Shown piece by piece: positions 42,775-53,888 of a stretch of 64,000 nucleotides of DNA (position 1 is its first letter; every line of letters begins with the position of its first letter). Made by a program: the position numbers and the translations under genes. This stretch comes from Paramoeba atlantica (lineage: Eukaryota > Protista > Discosea). The notes beneath the pieces were generated by a model. The model was given only the letters and a program-made list of their open reading frames with translations. It did not search any database and was not told the origin of the DNA. The stretch lies in contig CDRNVI010000021.1 in NCBI GenBank assembly GCA_977017575.1, positions 496,001 through 560,000 of the forward strand, given 5' to 3'.

Positions 42775-43521
42775 ATGACATCTCCATCCTTTAGTGTTTT
42801 GGATTTTCTAAAGCCGCCAGAAGCAGCTCTTCACTCTCCTGTACCTACCCCAGTTCTTGAAGATGCTCGCGCGAAACGAGAGCTCTTTCTTCATTCTCCA
42901 TACGAACGAGAGACAAATGTGCGCAGCCAGTCAGGGAGGCAACTAGGTGAGATTGAAATTCTTCAAAGAAAGCATTTACCTGAATTTGAGCAACTTGTAC
43001 CGTCTATTACGGAAGCGCTTTATGATACGCTTCAAGCCCACAAGTCCTCGGCTCACGTTTCTGGAACCGATACCTCCGAATCAAGAGCTTCCCTGAAACC
43101 CTTTGAAACCTCCGTCACGCCACAAATAAAGCTTTCTCAATACGTGTGGCGCATTGCGGAATACACTTATACTTCTCCTTCTACACTGTTGATTGCATTA
43201 ATCTATGTGAATCGAATACTCGATTCTCAGCAAGCCTGTTTAAGTGTCATGAATGTTTACAAACTTTTCTTTATTGCGGTTCGAATAGCGTCTAAAGTAA
43301 ATGATCTGCGCACACTTAACAACAAGAATTTTGCTGGAGTTGGGGGCATAAGCAATGAACAACTTAACGAACTTGAGGCATTATTTGTCACTCTTCTTGA
43401 TTTTAACGTATTCGTGTCTCCTCCAGAATTCTTTCAATGCGCCAATAAAGTTTTAAATCTCGATACATCCCTTTCCACACAGCAACTCTTAGATCCACTT
43501 GCAAAGCTTAGCCTGAGATAA
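42775..43521 (+). CDS. PHO80/U-type (PREG-like) cyclin
   Basis: YVWRI..Y...SPSTLLIALIYVNR, IASKVND...NKNFAGVGGIS..LNELE..F..LLDF. Confidence 0.88.
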   Translation: MTSPSFSVLDFLKPPEAALHSPVPTPVLEDARAKRELFLHSPYERETNVRSQSGRQLGEIEILQRKHLPEFEQLVPSITEALYDTLQAHKSSAHVSGTDTSESRASLKPFETSVTPQIKLSQYVWRIAEYTYTSPSTLLIALIYVNRILDSQQACLSVMNVYKLFFIAVRIASKVNDLRTLNNKNFAGVGGISNEQLNELEALFVTLLDFNVFVSPPEFFQCANKVLNLDTSLSTQQLLDPLAKLSLR

Positions 43522-43803
43522 ATTAAGGATGTCTCAAAACGATCTTGTCAATTCCGAAAAGTAAGAACAACACAGATACGATGTGTAGTAAGTGTGCTTT
43601 CACACTTAATGATGACTATTGATGTAAGATTATTTTTGATTTAGAGGATGAGCTACTCTCTGTATCTTATTATGTATGATTATCATACATATCATTGATA
43701 TTTACATCTTCAACACTTGAAGATACGATAATGTAGTCCAGTCGCAATATCGGAGTGCTTTGTATTCTTGCTATTATATTACATTTGCCTTTACGTTCTT
43801 CAA

Positions 43804-44529
43804 ATGTACGTCAAAGTGGATTTTACGCATAACGTTCACCCAGGGTGTGTAAGAGAAAAGCGTGTCTCATGGCTAATTACATTATGCGAGCTACAGAATA
43901 TGTGTCACGGATTTTTTGGCACGCCTGTGTTATCCATGCGATTACAGCTTCATAACGAAAGAGGTGAAGTGCTCTGTGATAGACTTGGGGATGTTCCAGG
44001 TACTCGCTTCAGGGATTTTTCTCTACATGAAGGACATTCTATTCATGTGATTGATCAAGATAACCTAAAAAATGCACAGGCCAGAGTATCTGAGCTAACT
44101 GATGTATCTTTAGTAGAAAAATATACTATGGACGAAGAGAGCTATAATCTGCGTCCAAATAGCATGCGTCGATACAAGGAATCGCGGATGGCCGAAATGC
44201 ATTCACTAAGACGAAATATAGGCTCAGTCGATGCAAGAGATTCCGAATCTCTTGAACAAAATTCTGACACTAGTGAGGTAAACTCTGTTGTTCTTGGAAA
44301 TCGCTGTTGTGTTTCTCCCGGAGATCGTTTAGGTAGTGTTCGATACATTGGACCTCTTCGTCATCTTGACACTGATAGTAAGTGGGTAGGTGTGGAGCTC
44401 GACGAACCCTTGGGAAAAAATGATGGTGAACTCAAGGGGTATCGATACTTTGTGTGTGGTAAGAACTATGGATGCTTTGCTCGTTTGAACCAGGTTTCCG
44501 TGGGTGATTATCCTCCGATACTGTTTTAG
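43804..44529 (+). CDS. TBCB: Tubulin-folding cofactor B (Ubl + CAP-Gly)
   Basis: IHVID, VEKYTMDEESY..R, and CAP-Gly WVGVELDEPLGKNDG...RYF.C...YG.F. Confidence 0.92.
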   Translation: MYVKVDFTHNVHPGCVREKRVSWLITLCELQNMCHGFFGTPVLSMRLQLHNERGEVLCDRLGDVPGTRFRDFSLHEGHSIHVIDQDNLKNAQARVSELTDVSLVEKYTMDEESYNLRPNSMRRYKESRMAEMHSLRRNIGSVDARDSESLEQNSDTSEVNSVVLGNRCCVSPGDRLGSVRYIGPLRHLDTDSKWVGVELDEPLGKNDGELKGYRYFVCGKNYGCFARLNQVSVGDYPPILF

Positions 44530-44903
44530 TCTTGATATTTTGCGCTGCAGAACAACACAAATCCGCGCACACATCCGACAAGAACGGATGTCTGTCACCC
44601 CTTCTGATGGCAATATGTGTGGCCATTCAGAAAGGAAATGCCCAGATCGTACAAGGGGCGGTACAGGACTGGTACCGCCGCAGGGTACGGGGTTGGGGGG
44701 CGATGTGGTTAGGGGCGGTATGTACCTGTATGAATTGTATTACACATTTGATTTGATGGAGAACACAAATACACTTGCACAACCAAATGTGGTATGCAAA
44801 TATTTGCTTATTCAAGTTAAAGAGATAGCGTCTTGGCATATAGTTTCTTAATCTTTCGATATACGAATACTTCTTTTCTATTACGCTTCCCTCTACGTTT
44901 GAC

Positions 44904-46046
44904 ATGGTAGAATCTCACAAACGAAAACGTAAAATAAAGCCGATCTCTTCAACGCTTCCTTCAAGTCTAGCCGATACTTTGTTCGGAAATCAAAATGATC
45001 TTACTACGTCGTTCTTCACTTCGCAGGGATACGTTTTACCAGATTTGCCTCTAAATGGTTCTGAAAAAGGGGTAAAAAAAGAGGAAAGAATAAATAAGGA
45101 TGTCTCGGAGTCAAGAGTTTTTCGAAAATCCGATAAGACTGCAAAGAATATACCGTCAGACACGCCTGCGGATAAATGCACCGATCGCAAATCTATGGGC
45201 AAGGCTTCAAAGAAATTGTCTCAAGACAAGATTTTACAAGAATCGCACTCCGAAGTGCCTCCGGAAAACAAAGACACTCCACATTATGACGATCCCTCAT
45301 GTACCACGTTCGTTTCCAATCTCCCTGCCAACACGACGAAAAGATCTCTCCAACGGCTCTTTCGCTTCTGTGGCGAAATACGTTCTATTCGACTGCGTTC
45401 ATTTGCCAAGTCTGCTTATTCCCGACGAACTCACTCTAGGGATGCGACGGCTCTGCGCCACAATCCAACAGGAACGATTTTTGCCTACGTGTGCTTCTCT
45501 CATCCCGACGCCGTGGTTCGCTCTCTCGAACTTCAAGGTCAGACTATTGCCGGCGGAAATCTTTTGCACGTAGATTCCTGCAGTAGTTCTCCGCAGGCTT
45601 TCGAATCCGACTCGAGCATATTCGTCGGAAATTTACCGCGAAGAGCATCGGAACAGAACGTAATCGACTGCTTCGCGGCGCAAGGGCTCGCTGACATACA
45701 TCATGTACGACTTGTGCGCGATTCCAACACGGGACTAGGCCAGGGTTTTGGGTTTGTGGCCTTTCGAGGGGCCGACAGTGCGAAACAAGCTCTGAAATTG
45801 ACCGGGGTGGAACTGAATGGACGTGAACTGCGCATTATGAAAACACGTAAAATGCAAAAAAGATCTTCGAAGGAAACAAAAACGAACGTGTCGAACAAAA
45901 TCATTCTAGGAAACGAAAAAAATAAGCGAAATAAATTTTATACGGATTCAACCATAGATCAGAAACCGTGGCAAGGTTTCACTACGGATCCTCAAAAAAG
46001 TAAAGCTTTGCCCAAACGAATTCGAAATTTGTTTAAAAAGAAGTAA
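44904..46046 (+). CDS. Nucleolar two-RRM protein (RBM34/Nop12-like)
   Basis: RRM1 TTFVSNLP...FAYVCF; RRM2 SIFVGNLP...GQGFGFVAF; Lys-rich termini. Confidence 0.8.
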   Translation: MVESHKRKRKIKPISSTLPSSLADTLFGNQNDLTTSFFTSQGYVLPDLPLNGSEKGVKKEERINKDVSESRVFRKSDKTAKNIPSDTPADKCTDRKSMGKASKKLSQDKILQESHSEVPPENKDTPHYDDPSCTTFVSNLPANTTKRSLQRLFRFCGEIRSIRLRSFAKSAYSRRTHSRDATALRHNPTGTIFAYVCFSHPDAVVRSLELQGQTIAGGNLLHVDSCSSSPQAFESDSSIFVGNLPRRASEQNVIDCFAAQGLADIHHVRLVRDSNTGLGQGFGFVAFRGADSAKQALKLTGVELNGRELRIMKTRKMQKRSSKETKTNVSNKIILGNEKNKRNKFYTDSTIDQKPWQGFTTDPQKSKALPKRIRNLFKKK

Positions 46047-46208
46047 TTTTGGTGAATTTCTTTTTCAACGAAAGAAGTGGGAATTATTTGTGTCATACGC
46101 GTGTACCATACACATGTATACATCTGATAGCAACTTCAATTTTGTGAGTGAAGATACATTAAGTCGCATAGGTGCTACATTTGTTTTTTCGTTTTATTAT
46201 TATTGCGA

Positions 46209-46706
46209 ATGCCCCGGCCTTTCGGGACGTGGCATCCTGCGACCACGATCGCTGAACTTCGTGCACGCACTCCGGCTTGGCGTGATTTTCGATTTGTTCC
46301 TCTCTGGCGATTGCACCAAGAGACGTATTATCACCCGGAGACAATGGCCATGTTCAAGAACCCCCAAGCCTTCCGTGATCACGTGGATACAGTGAAAAAT
46401 ATGAAGTATTCCAAAAAGTTCCTCGGAGACGGCGTGAAATTTCACAGGCACATGTGGATGAATTGTCTGCTTGTCATGATGGTGCAAACCGTCGTTAACA
46501 TGGGTCTCATATGGTATTACTACAACCGCTGGGTACCAGCAACCTCACCGACATGGCGAAAGTTTATGAACAAGGAGTGGGAGGAGGCCATTAACAATTC
46601 GCCTTGGGATCACCGCTCTCATGTATGGCAATACACGAAGATTAGTGCCGCACATGTTGGCTGCCTGACTTCTGCAGGAAGTAAGAAATTCTATATACCA
46701 TCATGA
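46209..46706 (+). CDS. Kinetoplastid-type cytochrome c oxidase subunit VII-like protein
   Basis: MPRPFG.W.PATT.AE.RAR and KEWEEAINNSPWDH.SHVWQY with one TM segment; recognised from memory of trypanosomatid COX VII. Confidence 0.65.
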   Translation: MPRPFGTWHPATTIAELRARTPAWRDFRFVPLWRLHQETYYHPETMAMFKNPQAFRDHVDTVKNMKYSKKFLGDGVKFHRHMWMNCLLVMMVQTVVNMGLIWYYYNRWVPATSPTWRKFMNKEWEEAINNSPWDHRSHVWQYTKISAAHVGCLTSAGSKKFYIPS

Positions 46707-47145
46707 AGCAAGTCTTTTAGGGTTTTAAAAATATGTATAATTGTCAATTAAAAAAAGAAAATTCTACATTCTGCAAAGTACAATTTTTGAGAAACTATCT
46801 ACTAAAAATTATCTTCGCAATCGAATAAGATTGTCCAGTGTACATTTATCACACGTTTTCGGCATATGACTCCGAGTGATCCTATATGTTAAATAGATTT
46901 CTTTCTTACGTCAGTGTACATGGCATTTTTTACATGATACTTTTTTCACTCTTCTGATCCACACGAACTTGTAAAATACTGATCTCAAAAGTTATTTATG
47001 GTATTCGTAAGAATATTTACATGCTTTATAAGTAGCAAATTTTGGCACTTTTTGGACAAATTGTGGGATGACCTTTACGTATTAACATATTTAGCACTCA
47101 TACTGTTAACTAAACTCTCTTTTTTATAAATTTTAAAATAAGCTT

Positions 47146-47991
47146 ATGTCGCCAAAGCACAAAATTACATCGAAGCCGAAGGTCTCTCAAAAAGGAAAAC
47201 TGAAGAAAATACAGAGCAATGCAAAGAGGTCGGTGAACTCAAAAGTAGCTTCACCTAAAAGCAAAGAGTGTCGATCAATGTTGAAAACATTACCTGAGAG
47301 TACAGAAACTCCTCCACAATGGGCTTCTACCCTTATGGAAAAAATAGACAGTCTTACAAGTCGGGTCAATGAATTAGAAAAAACACAAAACGATGCGAAA
47401 ATTTGTGAAAAGGAAAATGCGAAATCTATTCCACCAGCCTCCCAACTTACCACCCCTTCTCACATGGCTCTTCCCTTCTTTGCTCATTCGAAGTTGTCAC
47501 GTAGTGCGACATTAACTTCTGCACCTACTCAACCTTTGAAGCCCGTATACGATGAGACTAAGAGTATGAAATCATCAACTGCTATAGAAACAACCCTGAA
47601 GACCTCATGCAAACCAAAAAGTTTTCCCGGTGAGGAGACCCGATTCAGCTCGACGGGTCTTTCTCCCAAAGCAGCGCTGCAATCAAGTAAAAAGCCATCT
47701 GGGTCCTTTATGGTCATGTGTCCATGTGTCTCTAAATATCATGCTACATTTTCTTCATCTGAGCTACATGGAAGTAAAAAATGTCCTTTCTGTAGTAAAT
47801 GTCACATATTAGAAACTCTCTTCAATGGATGTAAAGAGGATTGCGGTTATGATGCACATACACCTTCATTAAGTCGCGTACAGAGGCTTCTCAATGGCCA
47901 TCCGAACGGCGTGTTGAACGTGGCCGAAAATCGTCAAAAATTATGGGAAAAGGGAAAGTCACTAGAAAAGACCAAGTTTGTGGGCTTATAG
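47146..47991 (+). CDS. Hypothetical basic protein with a short coiled coil and a C-terminal Cys cluster
   Basis: 281-aa ORF containing LMEKIDSLTSRVNELEK and CPC...H...CPFCSKCH...C..DC. Confidence 0.55.
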   Translation: MSPKHKITSKPKVSQKGKLKKIQSNAKRSVNSKVASPKSKECRSMLKTLPESTETPPQWASTLMEKIDSLTSRVNELEKTQNDAKICEKENAKSIPPASQLTTPSHMALPFFAHSKLSRSATLTSAPTQPLKPVYDETKSMKSSTAIETTLKTSCKPKSFPGEETRFSSTGLSPKAALQSSKKPSGSFMVMCPCVSKYHATFSSSELHGSKKCPFCSKCHILETLFNGCKEDCGYDAHTPSLSRVQRLLNGHPNGVLNVAENRQKLWEKGKSLEKTKFVGL

Positions 47992-48613
47992 AGAAGTAAT
48001 CTTGAAGACACCGGGTTGGTTCGTGTACAGTATGCAATATATTTTTTTGAATACAAGAAACATTCGTAGTATCAACACAATATCATACGCCGTAGTGCAA
48101 CAAGTTCTATATTTTTCAAGAAATTATTTCTTGCTTCGCTATGAAAACACCTATTGATATACAACCCTTATGATGTAATCTCTTATCATGTAGTGAAACC
48201 CGTCGACAGAAAAATACATGTGGTAAGAAGCTATTGTCCTGTTTAGTTGAGAAGCTTAAATGCGTCGGTTGATCATACAACGTAGTACGCCCGAAAAAGT
48301 GCACCTTTTGTAGTATTTAAACTTAATTACACTTCTTATTAAATACATTTATTAACAAATTGTAACACTTTGTGCAACAAGTTGTAAGTCTTGCAACTGA
48401 TTCATCTCCAATTTGATTAGTAAATACTAACTAATAAAATTTGCACGTATTCATGAGACTAGAATCGTGAGTCTTAGAATTCTTTAATTCTATTCGACCA
48501 ATCGTCGCATATCATGTATTTTCACATCCATTAATATCGAATTTCAACCCTTCCTACATTTTTATTTTCCTTAAAACTATATTTTCCCCCATTTTTAAAC
48601 CGTATTCCCACCC

Positions 48614-49180
48614 ATGCGCAACTACCGCAACTGCAACCGGGTCCGCAAGAACCCCCGCCGTCCTTTCGAACGTGAACGTCTCGACCGTGAACTCAAACTC
48701 TGCGGCGAGTACGGCCTGCGTTGTAAGAAAGAAATCTGGCGTGTCAACCTTTTTCTTTCCAAGCTTCGTCGTACCGCACGTATTCTGTTGACCCTCCCCG
48801 AGGACCACCCGCGACGACAACTCGAGGGCGCAGCCCTGTTACGACGATGTCAGGAAACAGGTCTGCTCTCTGCGGACAAACACAAGCTCGACTACGTGCT
48901 CTCCCTGGGCGTCACCGATATCCTTGAGCGCCGGCTGCAGACGATTGTGTTTAAGCTCGGACTCGCAAAGTCGATTCACCATGCCCGAGTGATGGTACGC
49001 CAGCGACATATTGCCGTGGGGAAACAGATTGTGACGGTGCCCTCGTTCATGGTACGGGTGACGAGTGAGAAGCACATTGCGTTGGCGGCACAGAGTCCGC
49101 TGGTGAGTGGCAAGATCGCACGGTGCCGCCGGGTGAAACTTGCAAAGGGTCGTGGCAGAAAGGAGGAGGAGGAAGAGTAA
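48614..49180 (+). CDS. RPS9: 40S ribosomal protein S9 (uS4)
   Basis: [53 protein letters not shown]. Confidence 0.98.
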   Translation: MRNYRNCNRVRKNPRRPFERERLDRELKLCGEYGLRCKKEIWRVNLFLSKLRRTARILLTLPEDHPRRQLEGAALLRRCQETGLLSADKHKLDYVLSLGVTDILERRLQTIVFKLGLAKSIHHARVMVRQRHIAVGKQIVTVPSFMVRVTSEKHIALAAQSPLVSGKIARCRRVKLAKGRGRKEEEEE

Positions 49181-49455
49181 GTGAGTAGTTACTCTTTCGA
49201 AAGGGGAAAGGAAATAAGCGAAGAGTAGGAAGAGGTTGGTAGAAAAGAGTTAAGGATCTAGGGATAAGTTACTGTAAAAATGCTGAAGCAAATATTTTTA
49301 CTGCAAAAAAATCATGGCTAAATGTTAACACGATGTTGAAGTGGTGTGAAAAGATGGGGTACATGAATCAAATGATTTTACCTATACAGATAGCACTTTT
49401 CTTTTTATATTTTGGTCGCTTGCTGGCAATGTCATAGTACTTTTTCGTGACGCTT

Positions 49456-51417
49456 TCAATGACTACCCCCAAGACCCATAGCAGGGAGTTTAACACGGAA
49501 CTTGAGGAGCTCCGGGAAAAGCTACGTGACCCAAAAATTAAACCAAATTCTGCACTTCGTCGTGAAGCACTACAAAATGTCCTATCACTGATGACTCAGG
49601 GTATTAGCACATCTGCACTGTTCTCGGATATGTTGCTAGCATGCGCCACAGAAAGCGTCGTAGAGAAGAAGATGGTATATTTCTATTTATCCTCCCAAGC
49701 TGAGGAAAGCCCTGAATTGGCCTTGATGGCCGTCAACACATTGCAAAAAGATTGTGGAGATCCCTCACCTGTCATACGTGGTGTTGCACTTCGTGCACTA
49801 AGTTCTCTTAACGTCCCGGAAGTCGTAGAATATTTAGCTCCCTTGCTACGAAATGGATTTAACGATCGTTCCGGATACGTCAGAAAAACGGCAGTCATTG
49901 CTGCCGCTAAGCTTTTTTATCGGGACAAGAGCGTATTCCATAGTTTACAGCTTCTAGATACGCTTATTTCATGTCTACGAGATTCCGATAACGATGTGTT
50001 ATTAAACGCGCTTATGGTTGTACAAGAGCTTCTCTTGCTAGAAAACGGAAAGGGGTTGGAACTTACGAAAAATTTAGTTTTCCGTCTTCTAAATCGAATT
50101 CGCGACTTTAACGAATGGCACACAACAATCGTGCTTCAATTGGTGACTCCGTACATTCCGTCTTCAGAAGAAGACATGTATGACATCATGAACCTCCTGG
50201 ATAACAAACTTCAGAGTGCACATAGTGGAGTGGTATTATCTTGTGTAAATTTTTTCATGCAACTTTCCCAACATGATTCAGATCTTTATAGACAAGTCAT
50301 CGATCGAGTACGGGAGCCTTTGATCACGGCCACACTTACTGCACCTTTCGAAATTTCCTATGCATGTCTTTCGCAACTTCATTTGCTTGTCGTTCGCGAG
50401 CCACGCCTCTTCATGGCACACTACCGCGAATTTTACCTGCGTCACACAGAACCGCTAAATATGAAACTCCTGAAGTTAGAAATATTATCACGTTTGGTTT
50501 TCAAATCAAACGCAGAGAATATTTTAAGTGAGATGATCGTGTACTCGGAGCAAAGTGAGTCACAGAGTGAGGTTGCCTGCAAGGCTCTGCATGCAACATG
50601 TGCTATCGCGCTAAAAATTGATGCCACAATGTCCAAAGTAGTGGGGCATATGCTCAGTATTCTGTCAACCGGGAATGAGATTCTCCGTGAAAACGCATTG
50701 ATGGCACTTCGTGACATTGCGATAAAGTACAGGTCTTCCGATGAGGTTCAACTGTGTCTTGATACCATCATTGATTTTTACATCTCTGGGTCACTTAATC
50801 TCGAAAAAGAGGATTCCCTTGCATTTTTTGTTCAACTCATTGGGGAATTGAGTTTCCGACTTGACAAATCACCTTACATTCTCGAATCCTTCGTGGAATC
50901 TTTTTCGGAGCAATGTGCGCGCGTGCAGCTAGAGATTTTAACCTCGAGCATGAAGTGTTTCTTTGCGCACCCGCCAGCAATGCAAAAAACATTGGGTAAG
51001 ATTCTCCATTGTGCCATGCGGCTCTGTCCTTCACACACAGAGGTTCACTATCACGCTCAACTTTACTACACCCTGCTAAAAAAAGATGTAGATCTTGCGA
51101 AACGTGTAGTGAGTTCTCAGCTTGACCCACAGTCCGGTTTGGCACCTGGATTTATGAATTGGGGACGAGGGGAGGTCCAGGATCTTCTTCTTGAACAGTT
51201 TAACACTCTAAGCCCTACTTTTGGTGTCACCTCAAAGTATTTTATCCGCTCTCTGGATTCCTGGAAGTCTGAACCCGAGGATGGACACGACGTCACATCT
51301 AACGAACCTGGTAGTGAAGTCGAGGAACAAAGCCCTGCAAAGCAAACAAAGGACGGGAAGGATTCTAAGATAGGGGAAGAAGCACCATTCGATCCTTTGG
51401 AAACATTGATTTCCTAG
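49456..51417 (+). CDS. AP4B1: AP-4 adaptor complex beta subunit (trunk only, no obvious ear domain)
   Basis: KKMVYFYL, PELALMAVNTLQKDCGDPSPVIRGVALRALSSL, YVRKTAV: beta-adaptin trunk with beta-4-like features. Confidence 0.8.
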   Translation, partial: SMTTPKTHSREFNTELEELREKLRDPKIKPNSALRREALQNVLSLMTQGISTSALFSDMLLACATESVVEKKMVYFYLSSQAEESPELALMAVNTLQKDCGDPSPVIRGVALRALSSLNVPEVVEYLAPLLRNGFNDRSGYVRKTAVIAAAKLFYRDKSVFHSLQLLDTLISCLRDSDNDVLLNALMVVQELLLLENGKGLELTKNLVFRLLNRIRDFNEWHTTIVLQLVTPYIPSSEEDMYDIMNLLDNKLQSAHSGVVLSCVNFFMQLSQHDSDLYRQVIDRVREPLITATLTAPFEISYACLSQLHLLVVREPRLFMAHYREFYLRHTEPLNMKLLKLEILSRLVFKSNAENILSEMIVYSEQSESQSEVACKALHATCAIALKIDATMSKVVGHMLSILSTGNEILRENALMALRDIAIKYRSSDEVQLCLDTIIDFYISGSLNLEKEDSLAFFVQLIGELSFRLDKSPYILESFVESFSEQCARVQLEILTSSMKCFFAHPPAMQKTLGKILHCAMRLCPSHTEVHYHAQLYYTLLKKDVDLAKRVVSSQLDPQSGLAPGFMNWGRGEVQDLLLEQFNTLSPTFGVTSKYFIRSLDSWKSEPEDGHDVTSNEPGSEVEEQSPAKQTKDGKDSKIGEEAPFDPLETLIS

Positions 51418-51669
51418 ATAGATTATTTAGCCATAGGTCACTGACGGATAAAGAGCTCCGAACAGCCGTTCAACACATTTCATTTTCATCATCAAAAATG
51501 AGTGCCTTAACGAAATTCCATAGAAAAGCGCGGGATTCAAGAACATATTGAACATGGAATACTGTAGTCGGAATATTGGATTGGAAAAAATAACGGTAAC
51601 TCTCAAATTTATATCATTCGAGACTTGTGTGCTCATTTTTTAAACGTTCACATTATTTTTTGAGCCAAC

Positions 51670-52503
51670 ATGTTATTGAATTCGCTTGCTGCTCAAAAAG
51701 GCATTCTGCGAGGTCTCTATATACACCCGAATCTAAAGCTTAAAAAGAGTCAGTTACATGGTCTTGGGATTTTCTTTGAGCCATGTTCATCCGACTCCGA
51801 TGATGGTTGCTCGTCTCTGAAGACAATCAAAGGATCAAAATTATTGTCGAGCTCAAAAACTACCGATTTCTTTCTCAAAGCTGGTACGCTTCTCTTACGT
51901 ATACCGCTTGAATTGTGCTATGAATCACAACCTCTCAAGCAGTCTAGTATATACACCACGGAAGACGGTGTCCTATCTGTTGCTAGGGCTCTTCAAAAAG
52001 CTGCCGCGGACCCCGAACACGCTACGTTTCTACATGCAAAAAAGGTAAAACAGCAACCAGTTCTACCTTTGCTTTCACAGGAAACTCTGTCGCGCTTGCA
52101 GACCCCCGGGGCCCGAGCACAGTGGCACTTCTACGAATCCGCAATAAGACTTCGATCCGATGTGGAACCATGGGCATTGATTGCAGTTCTCTCTCGAAGC
52201 CACTTTTCGAAAAAGAGGATCAGGTTAGTCCCGTTTCTTGATTTAGCGAATCACGGAGATTCTGTTCATGCAGCGAACACCATCTATCAAATTTGGATTC
52301 CCACACAGGAAAACAAGAACCGGGCTTCTTTTCTCGGAGTTCGCATGCCCAGTCGACCATTCATAGACGTTCATACCACGAAACCTGTTTATGCGTCATC
52401 AGAGGTGTTATACCCGTATAGCCCTTTTAATCCTCAAAGTGCAGAGGATCGGGATAGATGGCTCTTGTACGCCGGATTTCTTCCTTCTTCAGCACATGGC
52501 TGA
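51670..52503 (+). CDS. SET-domain lysine methyltransferase (LSMT/SETD-like)
   Basis: GLGIF, LLRIP, LVPFLDLANHG, EVLYPY...LLYAGF. Confidence 0.75.
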   Translation: MLLNSLAAQKGILRGLYIHPNLKLKKSQLHGLGIFFEPCSSDSDDGCSSLKTIKGSKLLSSSKTTDFFLKAGTLLLRIPLELCYESQPLKQSSIYTTEDGVLSVARALQKAAADPEHATFLHAKKVKQQPVLPLLSQETLSRLQTPGARAQWHFYESAIRLRSDVEPWALIAVLSRSHFSKKRIRLVPFLDLANHGDSVHAANTIYQIWIPTQENKNRASFLGVRMPSRPFIDVHTTKPVYASSEVLYPYSPFNPQSAEDRDRWLLYAGFLPSSAHG

Positions 52504-52604
52504 AAGTTACAATTGTAAGATTGGCACATGCTGCTATACATGATTGACTGTGTATGCCAGCTTATATTATTTGAAAATCGGACTATTTTAACATCATATT
52601 TCTA

Positions 52605-52646
52605 ATTCAATAGATTCTTAACCGTCTCTCTACACAGTTCTTTCCA
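52605..52646 (+). promoter_or_regulatory. Probable SL trans-splice acceptor region (pyrimidine tract then AG) upstream of RPLP0
   Basis: TTCTTAACCGTCTCTCTACACAG then TTCTTTCCAATG. A similar pyrimidine/AG context precedes RPL10A. The function is inferred from kinetoplastid gene organisation. Confidence 0.45.
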
Positions 52647-53618
52647 ATGGTGCGCGTCTTTTCCGAAAAGAAAGCAAACTACCTCGATCGTATGGCCGAT
52701 CTTGTCGCGACCCACCGCCGCCTTATCTTCTGTAACGTCGACAACGTGCAGTCCCAACAAATGCACAACATTCGCAAGGGGCTTCGAGGAAAAGGGGAGA
52801 TCCTTATGGGGAAGAACACTCTGATGCGCAAAGCCATTCGCATGCGTGCGTCCTCGGAAGACGCCACGCAGCAAGACAAGGAACTCCTGGAAAAGGTCAT
52901 CGAGGCTGGTTCTCTGGTGGGAAATCTCGGTATCATCTTCACCAACGAGGAGTTTGATGTCATTCAGGAAGTGATCCGTTTGAACCGCATTCAGGCTCCT
53001 TCTCGCGTCGGGGCGATCGCCCCTCTGGACGTGGTGATTCCCGCCGGGAACACCGGTCTGGAGCCCGGCATGACCACCTTCTTCCAGGCGCTCTCGATCA
53101 ACACCAAGATCGTGAAGGGGGCAGTGGAGATTCTGACCGAGAAAAAGGTTCTTACGACCGGGGACAAGGTAGACAACTCCACGGCCGTGCTGTTGCAAAA
53201 GCTAAAGATCAAACCCTTCTTCTACGGGCTAGAGATAAAGTTCGTGTTCGACAACGGCACTGTGTTTGGCTCGGACATCCTTGAGCTCAACGACGACTTC
53301 TTCCGGGAAAACATCCAGACTGCGCTGCGCAATGTCACCTCCCTAGCTCTTGCCACTGGCATCCCCACCGTGTCCTCCATGCCTCATGTCGCCACCCGTG
53401 CATTCAAGAACTTGTTGGCCATCTCGCTTGGCACTGGGTACTCTTTTCCCGAATTCAGCGGGGAGGAAATCGTGGAAGCCATTCGCAGTGGCAAATCGCT
53501 GGCCCCCGCCGCTGGGGCCGCCAGTGGTGATGCCGCCAGTAAGACAGAGGCCGCCGCAGTCCAGGAAGAGGAAGCCGAGGAAGAGGATGAGGATATGGGC
53601 CTGGGATTGTTCGACTAA
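52647..53618 (+). CDS. RPLP0: 60S acidic ribosomal protein P0 (uL10)
   Basis: DNVQSQQMHNIRKGLRG, LMGKNTLMRKAI, PAGNTGLEPG, acidic tail EEEDEDMGLGLFD. Confidence 0.98.
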   Translation: MVRVFSEKKANYLDRMADLVATHRRLIFCNVDNVQSQQMHNIRKGLRGKGEILMGKNTLMRKAIRMRASSEDATQQDKELLEKVIEAGSLVGNLGIIFTNEEFDVIQEVIRLNRIQAPSRVGAIAPLDVVIPAGNTGLEPGMTTFFQALSINTKIVKGAVEILTEKKVLTTGDKVDNSTAVLLQKLKIKPFFYGLEIKFVFDNGTVFGSDILELNDDFFRENIQTALRNVTSLALATGIPTVSSMPHVATRAFKNLLAISLGTGYSFPEFSGEEIVEAIRSGKSLAPAAGAASGDAASKTEAAAVQEEEAEEEDEDMGLGLFD

Positions 53619-53888
53619 GTAAAATTGCTGGGTTGCTGCATAAGAAGAGAAAGGGTAAGGAGTGGTGGTGAGGTGTATTGAAGTAAGGAAGTACAGATAG
53701 AAGGAGAATAAAAATCAAGTTTAAAGTATGAAATTATAAGGTTTCAAATTATAACTTTAAATTGCAAAAATCTGTTTTTACGTATTGGTAACTTTTACAT
53801 ACCTTGCAACCCACACAATTCTCCCAACGCTATTAAATATGCCTAGACTTTCAATTTTTATGTAGCGTGTACTTTCTCACCACTCCTC

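Noticed and set aside
52602-53198. 198-aa antisense ORF over RPLP0
   Set aside because: Typical antisense shadow of a codon-biased highly expressed gene.
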